64,000 nt of DNA, taken from the NCBI GenBank assembly GCA_009103225.1, contig RHPI01000638.1, forward strand, positions 62,001-126,000, read 5' to 3'. A program made the position numbers and the translations under genes. Within the stretch, counting starts at the first letter, position 1. Every line of letters begins with the position of its first letter. Of the stretch, positions 24,400 through 38,700 are shown in pieces. The notes under the pieces are model-generated. The model was not told the DNA's origin, searched no databases, and worked only from the letters and a program-made list of their open reading frames with translations. The DNA is from Chlorokybus atmophyticus (taxonomy: Eukaryota > Plantae > Mesostigma and Chlorokybus algae).

Positions 24400-26856
24400 A
24401 TGGCAAGGCAGATGGAGGCGGCTGCAGCGGCTCCTGCTGCTGCTTCTGCCAACGTTATCAACGTTGAGCAGGAGACTGCTTCGCTGCTGCGCAGCCGGCA
24501 GCCGCAGAGGGTGGGCTCCTTCTCGGTGCGCAGTAGCTCCCCTGTGGTGAACAAGTACGAAGTCCGCCCGTTTATTGGTGTGCGTCCTTGCACATGACTT
24601 GCTGTCAACAAGCATTTTGTTCACTTGTGCGCGCACAACAGTTGCACACGGTGGAGAAGAGACCATTCTTTGATGATGTTCGTTGTGACCACATGCTAAC
24701 GCAGGTGTGACATGTCATGAAGTGTCAGTGTTAGCATATCATTGCGTAAACACTACCCTCTCAATCAGCAACTTGCTTGAGAAAGAAGTAAACCACAACC
24801 TGAAGTTACCGCGACAGCAACTGTGCCGGAAACATTGCATACATCGTGGCACTCAGAACAGCATTGCGGCTTTGCACGACAATGAGTGACATTGATGGGT
24901 AGTCGTGAAGATGTGATGACCACGTAGTGGCGGTACATACAGCCCAAGTTCATTGTTATCCTCTCACTGTTGTGCTCCGGAACTATGTATAGAGCGTAAG
25001 CAAGTTGAAGGCAAATTTATCAACCGCACTTCCCCGTTGCATGCGTGCCGCCTGCGACAACATGCCGGTTTGTGTACAGGTGTGCACTTGGAACTCTCCT
25101 TATTGTACTTATTTTGATGGGCTGGACGACGCTGATACTGTGGGTGCTGCCGAGGGAGCAACCCATTGCTGAAGTAACAATCACGTGCGTAGTTACAGTT
25201 GCCAGCACGTTAGCCACTTCACACTTAGATTCGCCCATTTGCGTTTGACTTGGGTTTCTATACAGGAGTTCGTTGCCGCGCATTGACAAGAGACTCAAGT
25301 TTCGGCGGGATGGCACATTCACAATTGCTCAGTTTGCCGACCTTCATTATGCTGATGGGGCAGCTTCTGACTGCAAGGTTGGTTGTGTGTGTGCAACTGT
25401 CTTGGACTGTCAGTAAGCTCTGTATGCTGCTTCTATGAAGTACAGGTGCCTGTGTTGCTGTGGGCTTGTTCTGAAGCAGTGCACTGCCCTGTAGGACATG
25501 GCACCAGAATGGATGCAATATCCTTGCAGCGACATAAACTCTACGACTTTCATGACGGAGGTTCTGGCAATGGAGTTTCCAGATCTGGCGGTCAGTGCAT
25601 AGCTGTTTCATTGATCACACTTAAGTTCCTGTTTGTTGATAACCACACGCTTAACAGTACATCGTTCCAACTTCAACAGGTATTGACTGGTGATAACATC
25701 TTTGGAAGTGATGCCACCAACCCTGCTGCCAGCATGCGTGCACTCAGGAAGCCTCTTGAAGACCGCAAAGTACCATACATGAGCATGTTTGGGTGAGTGA
25801 TGCTAACGGAAGCAAGCAAACAAGCAGTTTTGGTTCACATTCCCTTTTTCCAATCTCCAGCCTTGTCGATGAGCTGCCTCTTGCGCTTAATGAAAGACAC
25901 AATGCGCTTATTAGTGTCAGTAGTGACAACTACTTTGTTTGCAGCAATCATGATGAAGAAGGTACATTGACGCGTGCCCAGATGATGGACGTCGACAAGA
26001 CGAGCAGCTTGTCTCTGTCGCAGCTAGGGCCCCGCGATATACATGGTGTCGGCAACTATGCCTACACCATATCCAATCACGCGGGGCAAGCAAGCTTCGT
26101 CATCTTTGTGTTTGACAGCGGTGCATATGACAAAACAGGGCGTGTTGGTGGCTATGACTGGGTCCATGCTGACCAGGTAAGTTGGTATGCCTCACAAGTC
26201 ATTTCACTTCAACTTGTCAATGAAATGTCAATCTGGTCACATTCATATGTGTAAGCTGAGAAACTGTCCCTCCAGATTCAATGGTTCAATCGCACATCCA
26301 CTGCACTGCTGGACAAGTACGGGAGTCATTTGCCTGCGGTGGTCTTCATGCACATACCTTTGCAAGAGTTTGCTGTTGCGTGGGAATGCTGCAGCAAGCC
26401 TGCAGACGACTTGAGGTGCTGGGGGGCCGTGCCCAACCCCGTCAGGCAGCGTTGTACTGGTGTCAACCAGGAGGGCGTGCAAGGCGCAATGGTTAACTCT
26501 GGACTGTTTACCTCCATGGTCGAGCGTGGGAACGTCCTGATGGTTGCCTCTGGTCATGACCACACCAATGACTACTGTGCAACTTTGCAAGGCATACGTC
26601 TTTGCTACGCTGGTGGCTTTGGGTACGTAATTGATGGCATCAAACTGTTTGTTCACTGTCGTGGCCGAGTGAATAATTCATGAGGCAGCTCATTAACAAC
26701 TGTTTGTGCAACAGGTATCATGGGTATGGAAAAGCAGGTTGGCCGCGCCGAGCACGTCTTATACGCTTGATGGAAAACGGGCGGATTCAGACTTGGAAGC
26801 GGACAGACAGATACAGTCAGCCTCCACACGCCGCCATTGACATAGAAACGCTGTAG
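24400..26856 (+). CDS. PAP29-like: Purple acid phosphatase PAP14/28/29-like metallophosphoesterase with an N-terminal hydrophobic anchor, about 8 exons
   Basis: LKFRRDGTFTIAQFADLHY, LTGDNIFG, FGNHDEEG, FDSGAY, GYDWVHADQIQWF, FMHIPLQEF, SGHDHTNDYC, LCYAGGFGYHGYGKAGWPRRAR. First exon boundary is uncertain. Confidence 0.88.
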
Positions 26857-27295
26857 CTTACATTGTTGGTATGATTAAATGCATTCCATAGAGCCTTTGT
26901 ACCTTATTGCAGAGGTATAATTCTAGTTCTAGTAGACACCATGTACATTACTTCAGGTTCCCTCTAGTATGTGTTAATAACGTTGGTGGAGGACATAGAA
27001 CTCCTTGAATGTGTGAAAAGATTGCTTTGCTGCTCTGTGCGATTATTAGAATAGCTGCTCGACACTATTGTGTATGCATACAACGCAACGCCAATGTGTC
27101 GGGAGATTGCATGAAGTACCAGCTCTGTAAACAACCACGGTTGTTATGGTACCAGTCATGCAACACTTCGACCAATCATACGCCAGCCCTAAGCCTACTA
27201 CTCCATCAACCATGACTGCTACACAGAGGCGTCAGCCCACAACCCCTGCGACATTCTAGTGTTACAACCTACAACCACTGGGCTTCAAGAATACG

Positions 27296-28507
27296 TTATG
27301 ATTGTGTTTGATTCGGGCGTGTTGCAGCCCAATATAATGCCCAGCTCCTCGTCATGGAGCCGTCCATCACCGTCAGTTCGTCTTGCAGCACCCCGAAAGC
27401 CGTAGCTGGATCGATGATGGCAAGGTTGGCATACAGCAGGCTCTTCCACTCAGCACTGATCTGTGAAACAAGAACAGATAGCAATCATTATCAACAAGTT
27501 CCGTTCATGGCGTGACACAACCCATAGCAAGCCACATGTGGACATGTCTCTTACTGTAGCGTTCACAAGGCGCTGCTCCCACTCTTCGCGCACAAACTTG
27601 GGTAGTCTCAGTATCTCCATGACCGGCGCCATCGGTATCATCTGGATGCCGTGGATGTACTGCGGCTGGTTGCCGAACCACGTTGTGTAGTCACACTGAT
27701 AACACACATCGCCAGTTAGTCATCACACACTGCCAGTCAACAAGACCACATGGTGAAATCAACACCAACAACGGGAGACACACCCACCTTGTTCTCAAAG
27801 AAGATGCCAGTGACTTTGTTTCCCACAAACTCCGGTGGGTGTATGTCGCTCCCGTCCAGCATGAGGTTGTATCGCTGGGCCGCGCGCACGCCCACGGCCA
27901 CCATCATCGCGCCGACGCGCTCCAGCCACGGCCTACCCGTCACCTGACCCCACAGCTGGATGCCGTGGCTGAAGTTGATGTCCTCACTCCAACTCTCCTG
28001 CATACAACCAGCAAGTTAGTTAGTCAAGCGACAATAACAAGCCCCAGCATGTGCACGTGCGTACATGCACAACCCATGCACAGATACACACGCATGCATG
28101 CACACATGTAGAGACGCACGCAAGCGCACGCGCACGCGCACACACACACACACACACCTGATCTTTCCCATCGAACCCCTCGAACACCCCCGCGCTCCAC
28201 GAGTGTCCCGCGAACCAATCGTACCCCCTGAACCTCGGGAAGTACGGGTCTCCTCCGTACGGGTTTCCGGCGTCGCGCACGAGGGCGTCGCCCCACGCGC
28301 GCACACTCGCCAACGTTGTGGGGTCTGCATTTGAGCCTAAGAGGCGGAGGAGCCGGGCGGCGGACTGGAGGAGGTAACCCCAGTGGTAGTGGTGGTCGGA
28401 GTAGTAGGAGGAACCGAAATCCGCGAGCTGGGGAGAGGGGGAGAGGGGGAGAGGGTTCGTAACGTGTGTGTGTGTCTGTGTACGTGTGCTTGCGCATGAG
28501 TGCGCGC

Positions 28508-28548
<41 letters not shown>

Positions 28549-31500
28549 TGTGGTTGCGCATGCGCGTGTGTGTGTGCGTATAAGCATGTTTGAATGCTTT
28601 AAGTGTACCCATTGAGAGTCGGATTGTGGGACAAAACCCGCTTGTGGCGCGAGTCCCTTCCACGCTGTGTCGTATAGCAGGTAGTTCTCCTGCGTGTTGT
28701 TGTAATACACCGACAGCGCCGCCTGCAGCTTCGACACACACGACTGCACACACACACAACATCAGTCACACCTCTCCTTGACCCAACACCAAACGTGTAT
28801 CAGGCATACCTGTAACAGTTGTGGCCCGCTGAGGCGTTCGATGACTTGACACAACATGGCGTATCCGAACAAGCTCTTTCCCGCAAAGTAGTTGGATGCG
28901 CCGCCTGTGGAGGCGGCGACATCCGCCGCGGCGTCTATCGGGAGCTGCGCGGTTATCGCCGCAACACGCGTGGCGTTGGGGGGCGACGGGGGCATCCAGG
29001 TGATGCTGGGGAGAGACTCTTTGAAGACCCAGGTGGAACCCACATAAGCCACCATTCGGCCCTGCAATGGAAGCGCTTGTTGTATCACACGGGGCGTGAA
29101 CATGCACGCACGCACGCACGCATGCCCATCTTAAGACCCAAGCGCACACGCACATGTACAAGCGTGCACGCACAGGCACCTACACAGGCATGCGCAAATG
29201 TATGCGTGCTCACGCGCACATATACACATACACATACGTGCACATACGCGCACCGATGCACATGTTTACACTGACATATAAGCCCACACGTGCATGCATG
29301 TGTGGGTGCATGCGCGTTCACGTGTGTGCATGCAGGCACACACGCGCACGCCCTCGGGCACACACGCACACATGTCCCCTGACCTTCGTCGTGCTCATCA
29401 TCGTCAAGTTCACCGGCGCAGCAAACCCCTCCCCCATCGAATCCCTCTGATGCGCCAGCGTGAAGTGCAACAGCGGCACCCTCTCATCCCCAACACTCTT
29501 CCACCTCATCCCATAATACCCCTCACTCGGTCCGTACGACAGCGCGTGCTCCACACTCCCGCCAACGACAACTCTCCCCACGCTCTCGTCCAACACGCGC
29601 ACGTCGCCGGAACACGCATCGGTACCGGGTGAGGGAGGTTTTAGAGCGAGGCGGAGCGTGCCGGTGTAAGGCGTGGAGGTGGTTAGTTGGGTGGAAGAAG
29701 GGGTTAAGGTGACGGGAGAGGAGAGGAAGTAAGCCAGCCAGGTCTGACCGTTGTTCAGCGTAATCTCAAACCTGAGGGAAGGGTGTTTAGTGAAGACATT
29801 GTTTGTGAGTGCGTGACAGGGCACTTGGAATGTCACGAGTGCGTATAACGATCACACCTACTTCACAAAGCACACACGCACACGCACATGTGTGCACGCA
29901 TGTGCACACAAGCACACCGACATGCACGTATGCACACACGCATGTCTGCACACACGCACGCACGCACGCACGCATACCCACCCCTACCTGGATGCGTTGA
30001 CGCCGGCTGCAGGGACGCCCGCCCCATTGATATCCACAATCGCATGCTGCCACCCACAAACCCTTCATCATCACACAATCCAACCACACCCAACCACACC
30101 CAACCACATAGTCAACACGCAAGTTTCTTTCCATGTGCCCCACCTGCGTGGCGATGACGGGCGTGAGATTGCTGTACATAGCAGTGACGTAGGCCATGCC
30201 GCGCACGAGGGGAGCAACAATGGTCCCGATGTTAGTGGTAGTGTTGTTGTTGGTAGTGGTGGCGTTGGTGGTGGTGGAGTTGCAGCCGTAGCCAATGCAG
30301 AGGGTGGCGCTCAAGTCGTCAAAAGAGTTCACCTGTTGAGGGAGTGCAATGCTTGTGGGTGAGATGCTTGTGGGTATGATGCATGTGTGTCAAGGAGATG
30401 ACGCCAGTGAGTGTTCGTTGTGTATGTGTATGTGTATACCTGACGGGGAGGCTCAGCGTTTGCCCACTCGGCGGCGGAGAGCTGAATGTTGCGCAGGAGC
30501 ACGTTGAAGTAGAACTGTTGTTGATGTGATAAGAGCACATGAGAGGAGTTAGCACAACGCCGACAACACCAGATATACAACAACAACAACAACAACAACA
30601 AGATACATGTTGAGTGTGAAGTAGCATGCACACACACCTGTACTCTGTCGGGTGTGCCTGACCCCACCCCAAGCTCCCTGTTCATCGGGTGACTAACAGC
30701 AAATCCATACGGAGCATCCTTGACAACCTGGAGACCACACACAAACACATCACCATCACCACCCACTACCACCCATCCACTCACGCACCCCCCACCCACC
30801 CACCCACCCACCCACTCACCGCCACGACATACGGGTGCGTGTGCACGGGCGCGTACCCCTCTCCCACCACCAGGTTGGTCCAGAACTTGTTGGTGGGGAT
30901 GGGGGTGTTGTTGAGGCTAGGGGAGAGGCGCTTGGGAGGGGAGGGGTGAGGCTTGCTGGAGGAGGCGAAGTTGAAGGGAGGGTCGAGAGAGATGGGGGGG
31001 AGGGAGTCCCAGGTGGGCTCCATGCCTGGGGTTGGGGGTAGGGATGGGTGGGTGCCTAGATGCATGCATGCGTGCGTGCGTGCGTGCGTATATACTCATG
31101 TGTGTGTGTTTGGGTTGCATGCGTGCCATCGTATGTGCGCGTGCGCGTGCTCCTGGGCGTGCGTGGGTGTGCGTGCATGTACACTCGTGTTGCGTGCGTG
31201 CACATACGTACGCAACTTTACTGCGCTTGTGTGCAAGTGTGCACGCTCACACGCACACATACGCACACAAGCGCAATAAAGTGCGTGGCTATGTGTGCAT
31301 GTGTGAGCGCAAGCGTGCGCGGACACGTGTAGGTGCGTGTGTGAACACGTGCATGCGCTCGTTTGTGCATGTGAGAATGTATCTTACTGCCAAATACACA
31401 CAAGGATCTCAGTGACAATGGCGTGCATGTATTTCAAGCAGACGCGTTGCACATTCACCTGGCGAGAGCTCAGGCGGGGACGGCGGCGGTGGTGGCGGTG

Positions 31501-33779
31501 AGGGTGACGGCGGCGGTGAGGGAGGTGGCGGGGGAGGCGGTGGTGATGGCGGTGGCCCCGGCGGCGGCGGCGGCCTGGCGTCCGTCGTGAAAACAGCTAT
31601 GGCAGAAATCTACTAACAGGCACGCATGCAATGAGAAGGAGAGCGAACGAGGGCACAGACACATAAAGTGTTGACGTGACGGACATCCGCAAGCACATGC
31701 ACACGTGCCGTTCACCTGGGCGTTGTCGACTGTGGTGGCGAAGTCGATATCCAGGACTCCGTCCGATACCGTCACCGGGAAGCTGCGTGTGCAGGCGGCG
31801 TATCTCCCTCCACACTCAGTATAGATATCAAAGTCCTTCAGTATCTCAACACCCTCAACACTCACACTGAATACCCTCTTGCCAGCCTCTGCCCAATAAA
31901 ACTCCCCGAATAGCAGCGAGATACCGTACGACCCTGGACTCTGTATCGGGAGACTGTATCTAAAGGCCTGGCCGTATCTCTGGCTCTGATACAAGCGTAT
32001 CTGGCTGGGGTCTTCCGCGCCTGTGAATGTATCCGAAGTGGCGGAATACGCGCCGCCGGATACGAGAGAGGCGTTGTCGGCGTCACCAGACCAGACTTGG
32101 CCGTAAGCGTCGACCAGCTTGGGGCCACCGCAGTTGATGGCGTAGATGAAGGGCCTGTCTGTGTGCAGGCGTGTGTCAGTCAATCACATGCAAGTTGATA
32201 CCAACCAACATACGCGCATGCACGCGCACACATATGCATGAGAGCGCGTGCGAGTGCAGGTGCCTGGGGGCGCGAGTGATGCTTACCTATGTTGAGATGG
32301 GGGGGTGATGGGGGGGAGGATGCAGGTGGTGGTGTCATCGGTGGTGCAGGAGGAGACGATACCAATGGTGGTGGTGATGGTGTAGGTGTAGCAGCCAGCC
32401 GTACTTCTATTGCACAAATCTGCAGAACGCACAGGTCTGTAAGTGCTCATGCGCCACACTCCCCAACAAGAAGACACACATGCATGCTCGAACGCACGCA
32501 CACGCACACGCACACGCACACGCACCTGCGCATAGTACACGGACGCCGCGAGCACCACATTCACCACTCCATCTTTTGCCCTCACCCCCCTCACCCCCAC
32601 GCTAAACACATTCCCCTTCCCCCCCGCCCTCTCAAACACATCCAACTCCTCCACGACACTCCTCCCCTCCACACTCACCCCAACCACCCTTCCCCCCACC
32701 CTATTCACCGCAGTCTCCACAAAGTGAAGCGTGATATCATACGTTGTGTTGCTTGACACGGGCAGGGCGTAGCGAAGGGTCTTGGCGATGCGTTGGGTGG
32801 AGAAGAGGGGGGATAAGGAGGGGAGTGAGCCGTAGAGGGTGAGGTTGGAGGAGGTGAGGGTGGAGGAGGGAGAGGAGAAGAAGCGGTCGGGGAGCCAGGT
32901 GGTGTTAGTGGTGGAGGTGTAGGGAGAGGAGGAACCGCTGTTGATGAGGTGCACAGCTGCGGGACAGAACAGGTGTTGTGGATAGGTGCTGCTTGGGTAT
33001 GTGCATATGCGCGCACAAACACGCATGCGAGTGTGCCCATGCAGACTTGAGCTTATGCATCTGTGTGCACATGGGCATCTCTGTGTGCGTGAGTGTTTGC
33101 ACGCATGTGTGCGTGCATGTGCATGTGGGTTTGTTTGCGTGTGTATGTGCGGCCGTTTGTGCGCACTCGCGTCCTCACGCGTGCATGCAAGCATGCGTGT
33201 GCTTGTGCTTATCCTTGTGTGCCTGTGCGTACGTTGCAACTCTACTTGCCATAGCAACAGCAACAGTCCGCAAATGCCGCATCAAAATGGCATGTGCACA
33301 GCAAGCACCTTTTCACAACATGCTACGCACCTGGCGTGTCTCGTGTCACGAGGATGGCGTTGAGCGTGGCATAATACACCTGTCTCTGCAGCTTGATACT
33401 TACTACCCCATCCGTGACATTAACCTCATAGCTCCTCTTCACAGGCCTGAACTTCGCTCCTCCCGCAGCCGCAATGACATCAAACTTCCCTTGCACTAGC
33501 TTATTCTCTATATAGATGTTGAACACACGCTTGCCCAGGGATGAGACAGCGCCCTCGCTGAACGACAGCGTGACGGTGTACACGCCGTTGCGTGTGACGG
33601 GGAGATTGTAGGTGAACATGTAGCCGAGGCGTTGGGTGGCGTATGTGCCTGGGAGGGCGCTGTTGTTGGTGATGTCGATGCTACCGCCGGTGAAGTAGGT
33701 GTCCTTGGACCAGATGCCGCCGATGTCGAGGCCGAAGGTGTCGGTGCTGGCGCCAGCGTTGATGGCGTGGATCACCTCG

Positions 33780-33827
<48 letters not shown>

Positions 33828-33941
33828 CTTGCATGTGCGTGTATTTGCATGTGTGTTGTTTGCATTGCAGTAATCACCTGTGGCGGATTGGGCAGTGTAC
33901 AGGAGAGTTGACACCAGTGCCAGAGCGTGCCACAGTGCCAT
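27296..33941 (-). CDS. Secreted multidomain protein: signal peptide, three malectin domains, Pro-rich linkers and a GH81 endo-1,3-beta-glucanase
   Basis: Signal MALWHALALVSTLLYTAQSA. Malectin repeats begin VIHAINAG, VHLINSGS and IYAINCGG and contain QR(Y/L/I) and GKRVF-type motifs. GH81 motifs: PIPTNKFWTN, PLVRGMAYVTAMY, ADFGSSYYSDHHYHWGY, RGYDWFAGHSWSAG, KDQESWSED, YTTWFGNQPQYIHGIQMIP. All junctions are phase-consistent, including Pro-rich exon to GH81 (cca g|gc acc). Confidence 0.88.
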
Positions 33942-35777
33942 AGATAGCAGTGGGTGCCCAGCTCTGTTGAATGTTTGCACAATGTATCCGGTTCAACAAT
34001 CAGACTGATCTCGTCGCTTTGACCAAAGGCTGCATTGGCCCACTAACACAGTCCAGCACGTGTGTGCCTATCCAGGACGTGTACATGACTGCCCTTGTCA
34101 GCTTACACACTTCATATGAGTGGTTTCAGGCTCAGGGTCCACAGCTAACAACACAGAAGATGTTTCACAAAATGCTGCTTGCACCACCCTCACCGAAGCG
34201 TCAACCCGCCTTGCCAGCCCTGCTGCGCCAACACTCAGGCCCTTTTACGTCAAGCTTCCGCTCCCCACTCAAGCATGCACGTCAACCATGCGGACTACCA
34301 CCCCAACCTCAACGTCACCGCCGCCGCCGCCGCCGCCTTAGCGCTCAGTACGTACGTACGCGCCCCAAACCAGCCGTACGGAGGCCACACCAGTCAACGA
34401 TGAATTAGGCTCAACAACAAGTCCAGACAATCGGTCAAAGGCGCTCTTCAAGTGTTACAAGTCGAGACCACTTGTCCGGTAGGTAGAGTTCTTAGGCCGG
34501 TAGACAGCGACGCCACCATTCAACGTTTTGGTTGGGCGCGCGCGCGGTGTGCCGAACCGTCGGTCGGGGTGGGGTCCAATACGCCCAGGTGTACCTTCCT
34601 GCGAAATTGTACAGCGTGCGTTGCGCGGTTGGGCATCAAGACCGTGGCACGTGACGGTTGCTGGTTTGACACGCTCGGCTCACGTGATCAAGCCATCATG
34701 AAATTCGTGAGAATCTATGTGATAAGTCATGGCCCAGGAGTCATGGGCCATGAGTCCCCAAAGCGATGAGTCGTGAGTCGTCATTAAAGCATTGCATGCA
34801 CCCTTCAAGGTACTAACCTGTTAATTGCACCACACGTGCGTTCGAAAGCAGTGTAGGATATTGAGCTACGGGTAGTGTGGGGGTGTCTCAATTACATGCA
34901 ATGTTGCACTTAACATCAATTATACTTATTACATGTAAAATACAGCAAAATGGTCATTTATTATGCTTGATGCGATGATACACAATTTATACGTATCATT
35001 ATTATGTAACATATGGCCTATAATGGTTAGTTTTTTTTACATATAATTAATCTTAAAAACGTATGTACACTGTGAGGAAATTTTTATCTTGTGTGCCGTT
35101 TGCATAATCTTGCATGTTACATTGCTTTATGTGATGGTTACACAAATAAAATACATTTAGTTATTTGTGTACTTTGATGGCATGGTACTCAAAGTCACTA
35201 TGATGTATATATGCATATCTTTTTTAGGCATGCATAATTCACATTGAAGCTGCGCGGAGGCACTCTTAAAGACGGTGTGCATGATTTAAGCAAACAAGGC
35301 AAACGCAACACAACAGAGCAAATAATTCAACAAGGGCCAAGGTAGAGCTTACACACAAGACTTTAGCAACACACACCTTACGGTGTAGTTAGGACAATTA
35401 ATTACACTCTTAGGTAGCAACAGGAGCAGCACGCGATGCAGAGGCACATCAGCTGTAACTATATGCAGAGCGCATGGGAACGCATGTGTATGTTATGCAT
35501 AGCTACAGCAATATTCAAGAGGTTGGCTGAGTATCAAATACATTTGAAACAGTGTATAAAGGTTGAACATGTGTCAAGGTCAAATCTTATTGATAGTATG
35601 AATGCATGTTTGCAAGTGCGCTGCATTTCATGTTGCATATGACGGAAGGTCTTAGCTTGTCACCATGCACATTATCATGTTTTTGTTGCATGTGAACGCT
35701 ATTTGATGTTTTGGTTTCATTGATCCAAAGTACACGCACTTTTTAATATATCTTTTTGTTTGTATGGCATGAGACTA

Positions 35778-38700
35778 TTAACTTCTCATCAACATTAGCC
35801 GCTGCGAGTTCGACCTCGTGATAGGCAACGATGGGAGGCTATCACCAGGCATATGGACACTATGTACAATGCTGCTAGTTGATACAACACTACTGCTACT
35901 ACTACTTTCTTTCAGCTTGTGACCACCAGAATCCTCAACACCCTCACGTGAGCCCATGCGTGACGACACGTATGCCTTTTCTAGCGCGCGTAGCACGGTG
36001 CCAACGCCACGGCTACCCACCGGCAGCTTGAGGCCGTACAAGTTGGCAATCCTCTCGAGCTGCCGTGACATGCTCTCGGAAAGGGCGCTGTCTGTTTGAT
36101 ACAGAGACTGTCAGTCAGTGCGTGGGGCAACACATCATGTGTTGACGAGATGCAGAAACACACGCCTGTCTGTGCGTGCCCATGCTTGCTTACTTATGCA
36201 CTTGCACGCTCACACGCGAATACACACACAGCCGCACATACATGCACACACCTTGACTGCTGGCGCTACTCGGCCGTTCCGTTTGCAAAGCGGGCCCGAC
36301 GTCGGATTTGCTGCGCGGAGGCCGTCGCCATCCTGGCTTGACGTTGCCGCTGCTGTCTGCACTGTTGCTGTGTTTTGCGCTGTCATAAATTGCATTTGAG
36401 CTTGACGCAGAACGGTCTGAATCCCCTTCTGACCGCGTGTCTGCCAAGCACACACAAGAGCCATAAGCTGACTGCTGAGTCGACAGGGTTGTTTCACCCA
36501 GTGTCCGCGTTCGAGTTGCATTAAGATGTGAAGTACCCGATTCTGCAGAGGTGCGGTGCGAGGACATTTTCAAGCGCATGGCGCTCTTGAGAGCCCTTAT
36601 CTGTGCCTCCTTTTCTGCATGGCAAGCACATGCTGCATTGAGCGTACTGGCAAATAAATTGTGTGTGTGTGTGTGTGTGCGCTGCTATGTTAACCTGCAG
36701 TGGTTGCAGAGAGAAGCTGCGTGAGGTGCTGCACTTTGGCGTCTCGCTCCACGAGCACCTTGCCCAGGCTGTGCATCTGTGCAATTGGGGCTTGATTGAG
36801 TATAGGCCATCTATCACATTTTCGCTCAACACAAACACACGCGCACGCAAGCACACATGCCCTCTTCATGCACCTGAGATTCCTTCTCGGCAACGAGGCC
36901 GGCGAGCTGCACGCACTCTGCGCGCTGCTTCACCAGCACGGACTGCATGCGCTCCATCTCCGCCTGCGCGTGGCTCGCATCTGCACACATGAACATATGA
37001 TTTAGCATGTGATTGCGTGCACGTGACCCCTGCGTGACTGCTAGAGCACACAATCATGAACAGACGCAACAGATGTGACTATACCCGTGTCTGCTTGTGC
37101 AAGTGTGCCTATTGTCTGTGTGAACACCCTATGCATCTGTCATTCAAACTGTGACACTAGCGACGATTGTATCGTCACCCTTGACGTTATCTCCATTCGT
37201 GCCTGTATCTATAACTGTACTCGTATCTGTGCAGATACAGATGCAGCACCAAGATTTGTATCTGTATCTGTGCCCATACGTGTACCTGTACATGTATCTG
37301 TAAATATGTATCTGAACGTACATCTGCAGCTGGTAGCATGTTTTGGGTAATGTATCCGTTATTCAATGTGATAGAAGACTGCTGCGGTGCAATGTAGCAG
37401 AATGTGCCTGACGGTGAGTAACACCACAAGTACTCAACCACATGAAACATCGGCAAGCCACTCACCGCGCTCCGCCACAGCCTGCTGCTGCTCCTTCTCC
37501 GCCACTTTTTGCATCATCCCTCTCAGTATCTCGTCCGCCCGCCCGCACGCCTCTCTTAGCTTCGCCACTGTGGCCGCCTGCTCCACATTAACCCTTCGCA
37601 GCTCCGATACTTCTTCCTGCGGGGCCGATGACAATGATATCGATGACATCCTCCTCTCTGCATCTGCCAGATGCATCTGCGCATCCCTCAGCTGTCCCTT
37701 CAGGTGGGCCGAGCGGGCCCTCGTGTTGCGCGCGCGGGACTTCGCGTCCACCTGCAGGGCTTTGATGTCTTCTTGAAGATGCGTGTATTCGGCTTCACGT
37801 GATTTGAGGTCCTCTTTCAAGTGAGCGTTCTTGTCTCTCATGCGGGTGATGTCGCCCTCACGTGCACGTATCTGCGTTAGTGCATTGGCCAGCTCTGTAT
37901 CTTTCTCTTGTAGACGTTTCTCCATTGATGATATGTTCACTTGAGAAGCCTGCAAATTGCACTGAAGCTGATCTGCCAGGTGCTTTGCCCTAGCCTCAGA
38001 CTCTGCTAGCTGATGTGTAACGTGGCTTTCCCTCTCTTCTAGCTTTCTACTCGCTGATATCTGCGCTCTAAGCTCGAACTCTACTGCTCGTTTCTCGGAT
38101 ACAACCACCTGCAGCTTCTCTTCTATCGCTGTCTTTGCTGATATCTCAGTCTCAAGATCAGACTCTACTTGTTGATGTTTGGATACCATCTCCTGAAGCT
38201 CAGTCTCCAGCTGCTGTGTTCCTGATATCGATGCTTGCAGCTGATGTCGCACGGTTTTGACTTTGTCGTCAAGGGCCTCTGCAATGCCCTCCGCAGCAGT
38301 CTTCGCCAACACCAGGTCCGCGCACTCGCCCTCCAACTGATCAACACGTTCTTGCAGCATTACCATATGCTTCCTCGCCGCACCCAAAGCCTACAACATG
38401 CACACGCACACACAAAGCTGTAAATATACATCCAACGTTTCAAACACCCTCTTTCACAATCATACACAACCGCACAACCACAACCCACCTCTTCAAGAGA
38501 TGCATGAGACTCCTCTCTTCCCCTCCTCAAGCTCTCAATCTCCTCACGCAGCGTGCCCACAACTCTCCTCTCCTCATCAAGCCTCGCATGAACATCTTCA
38601 GCAATCCTCGCGTTGGCTTCTCGCTCCCGCACCTCCTCCGCCAGTTGGCAGTTGAGTTGTCTCACCCTCTCTTCCGCATCAGCTTGTGTGTGCATCAGAC

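Noticed and set aside
28016-33499. Many HTHT/CVCV/ARAR-rich ORFs of 60-170 aa throughout the genes
   Set aside because: Translations of intronic CA/GT/GCAC repeats or antisense frames of real exons.
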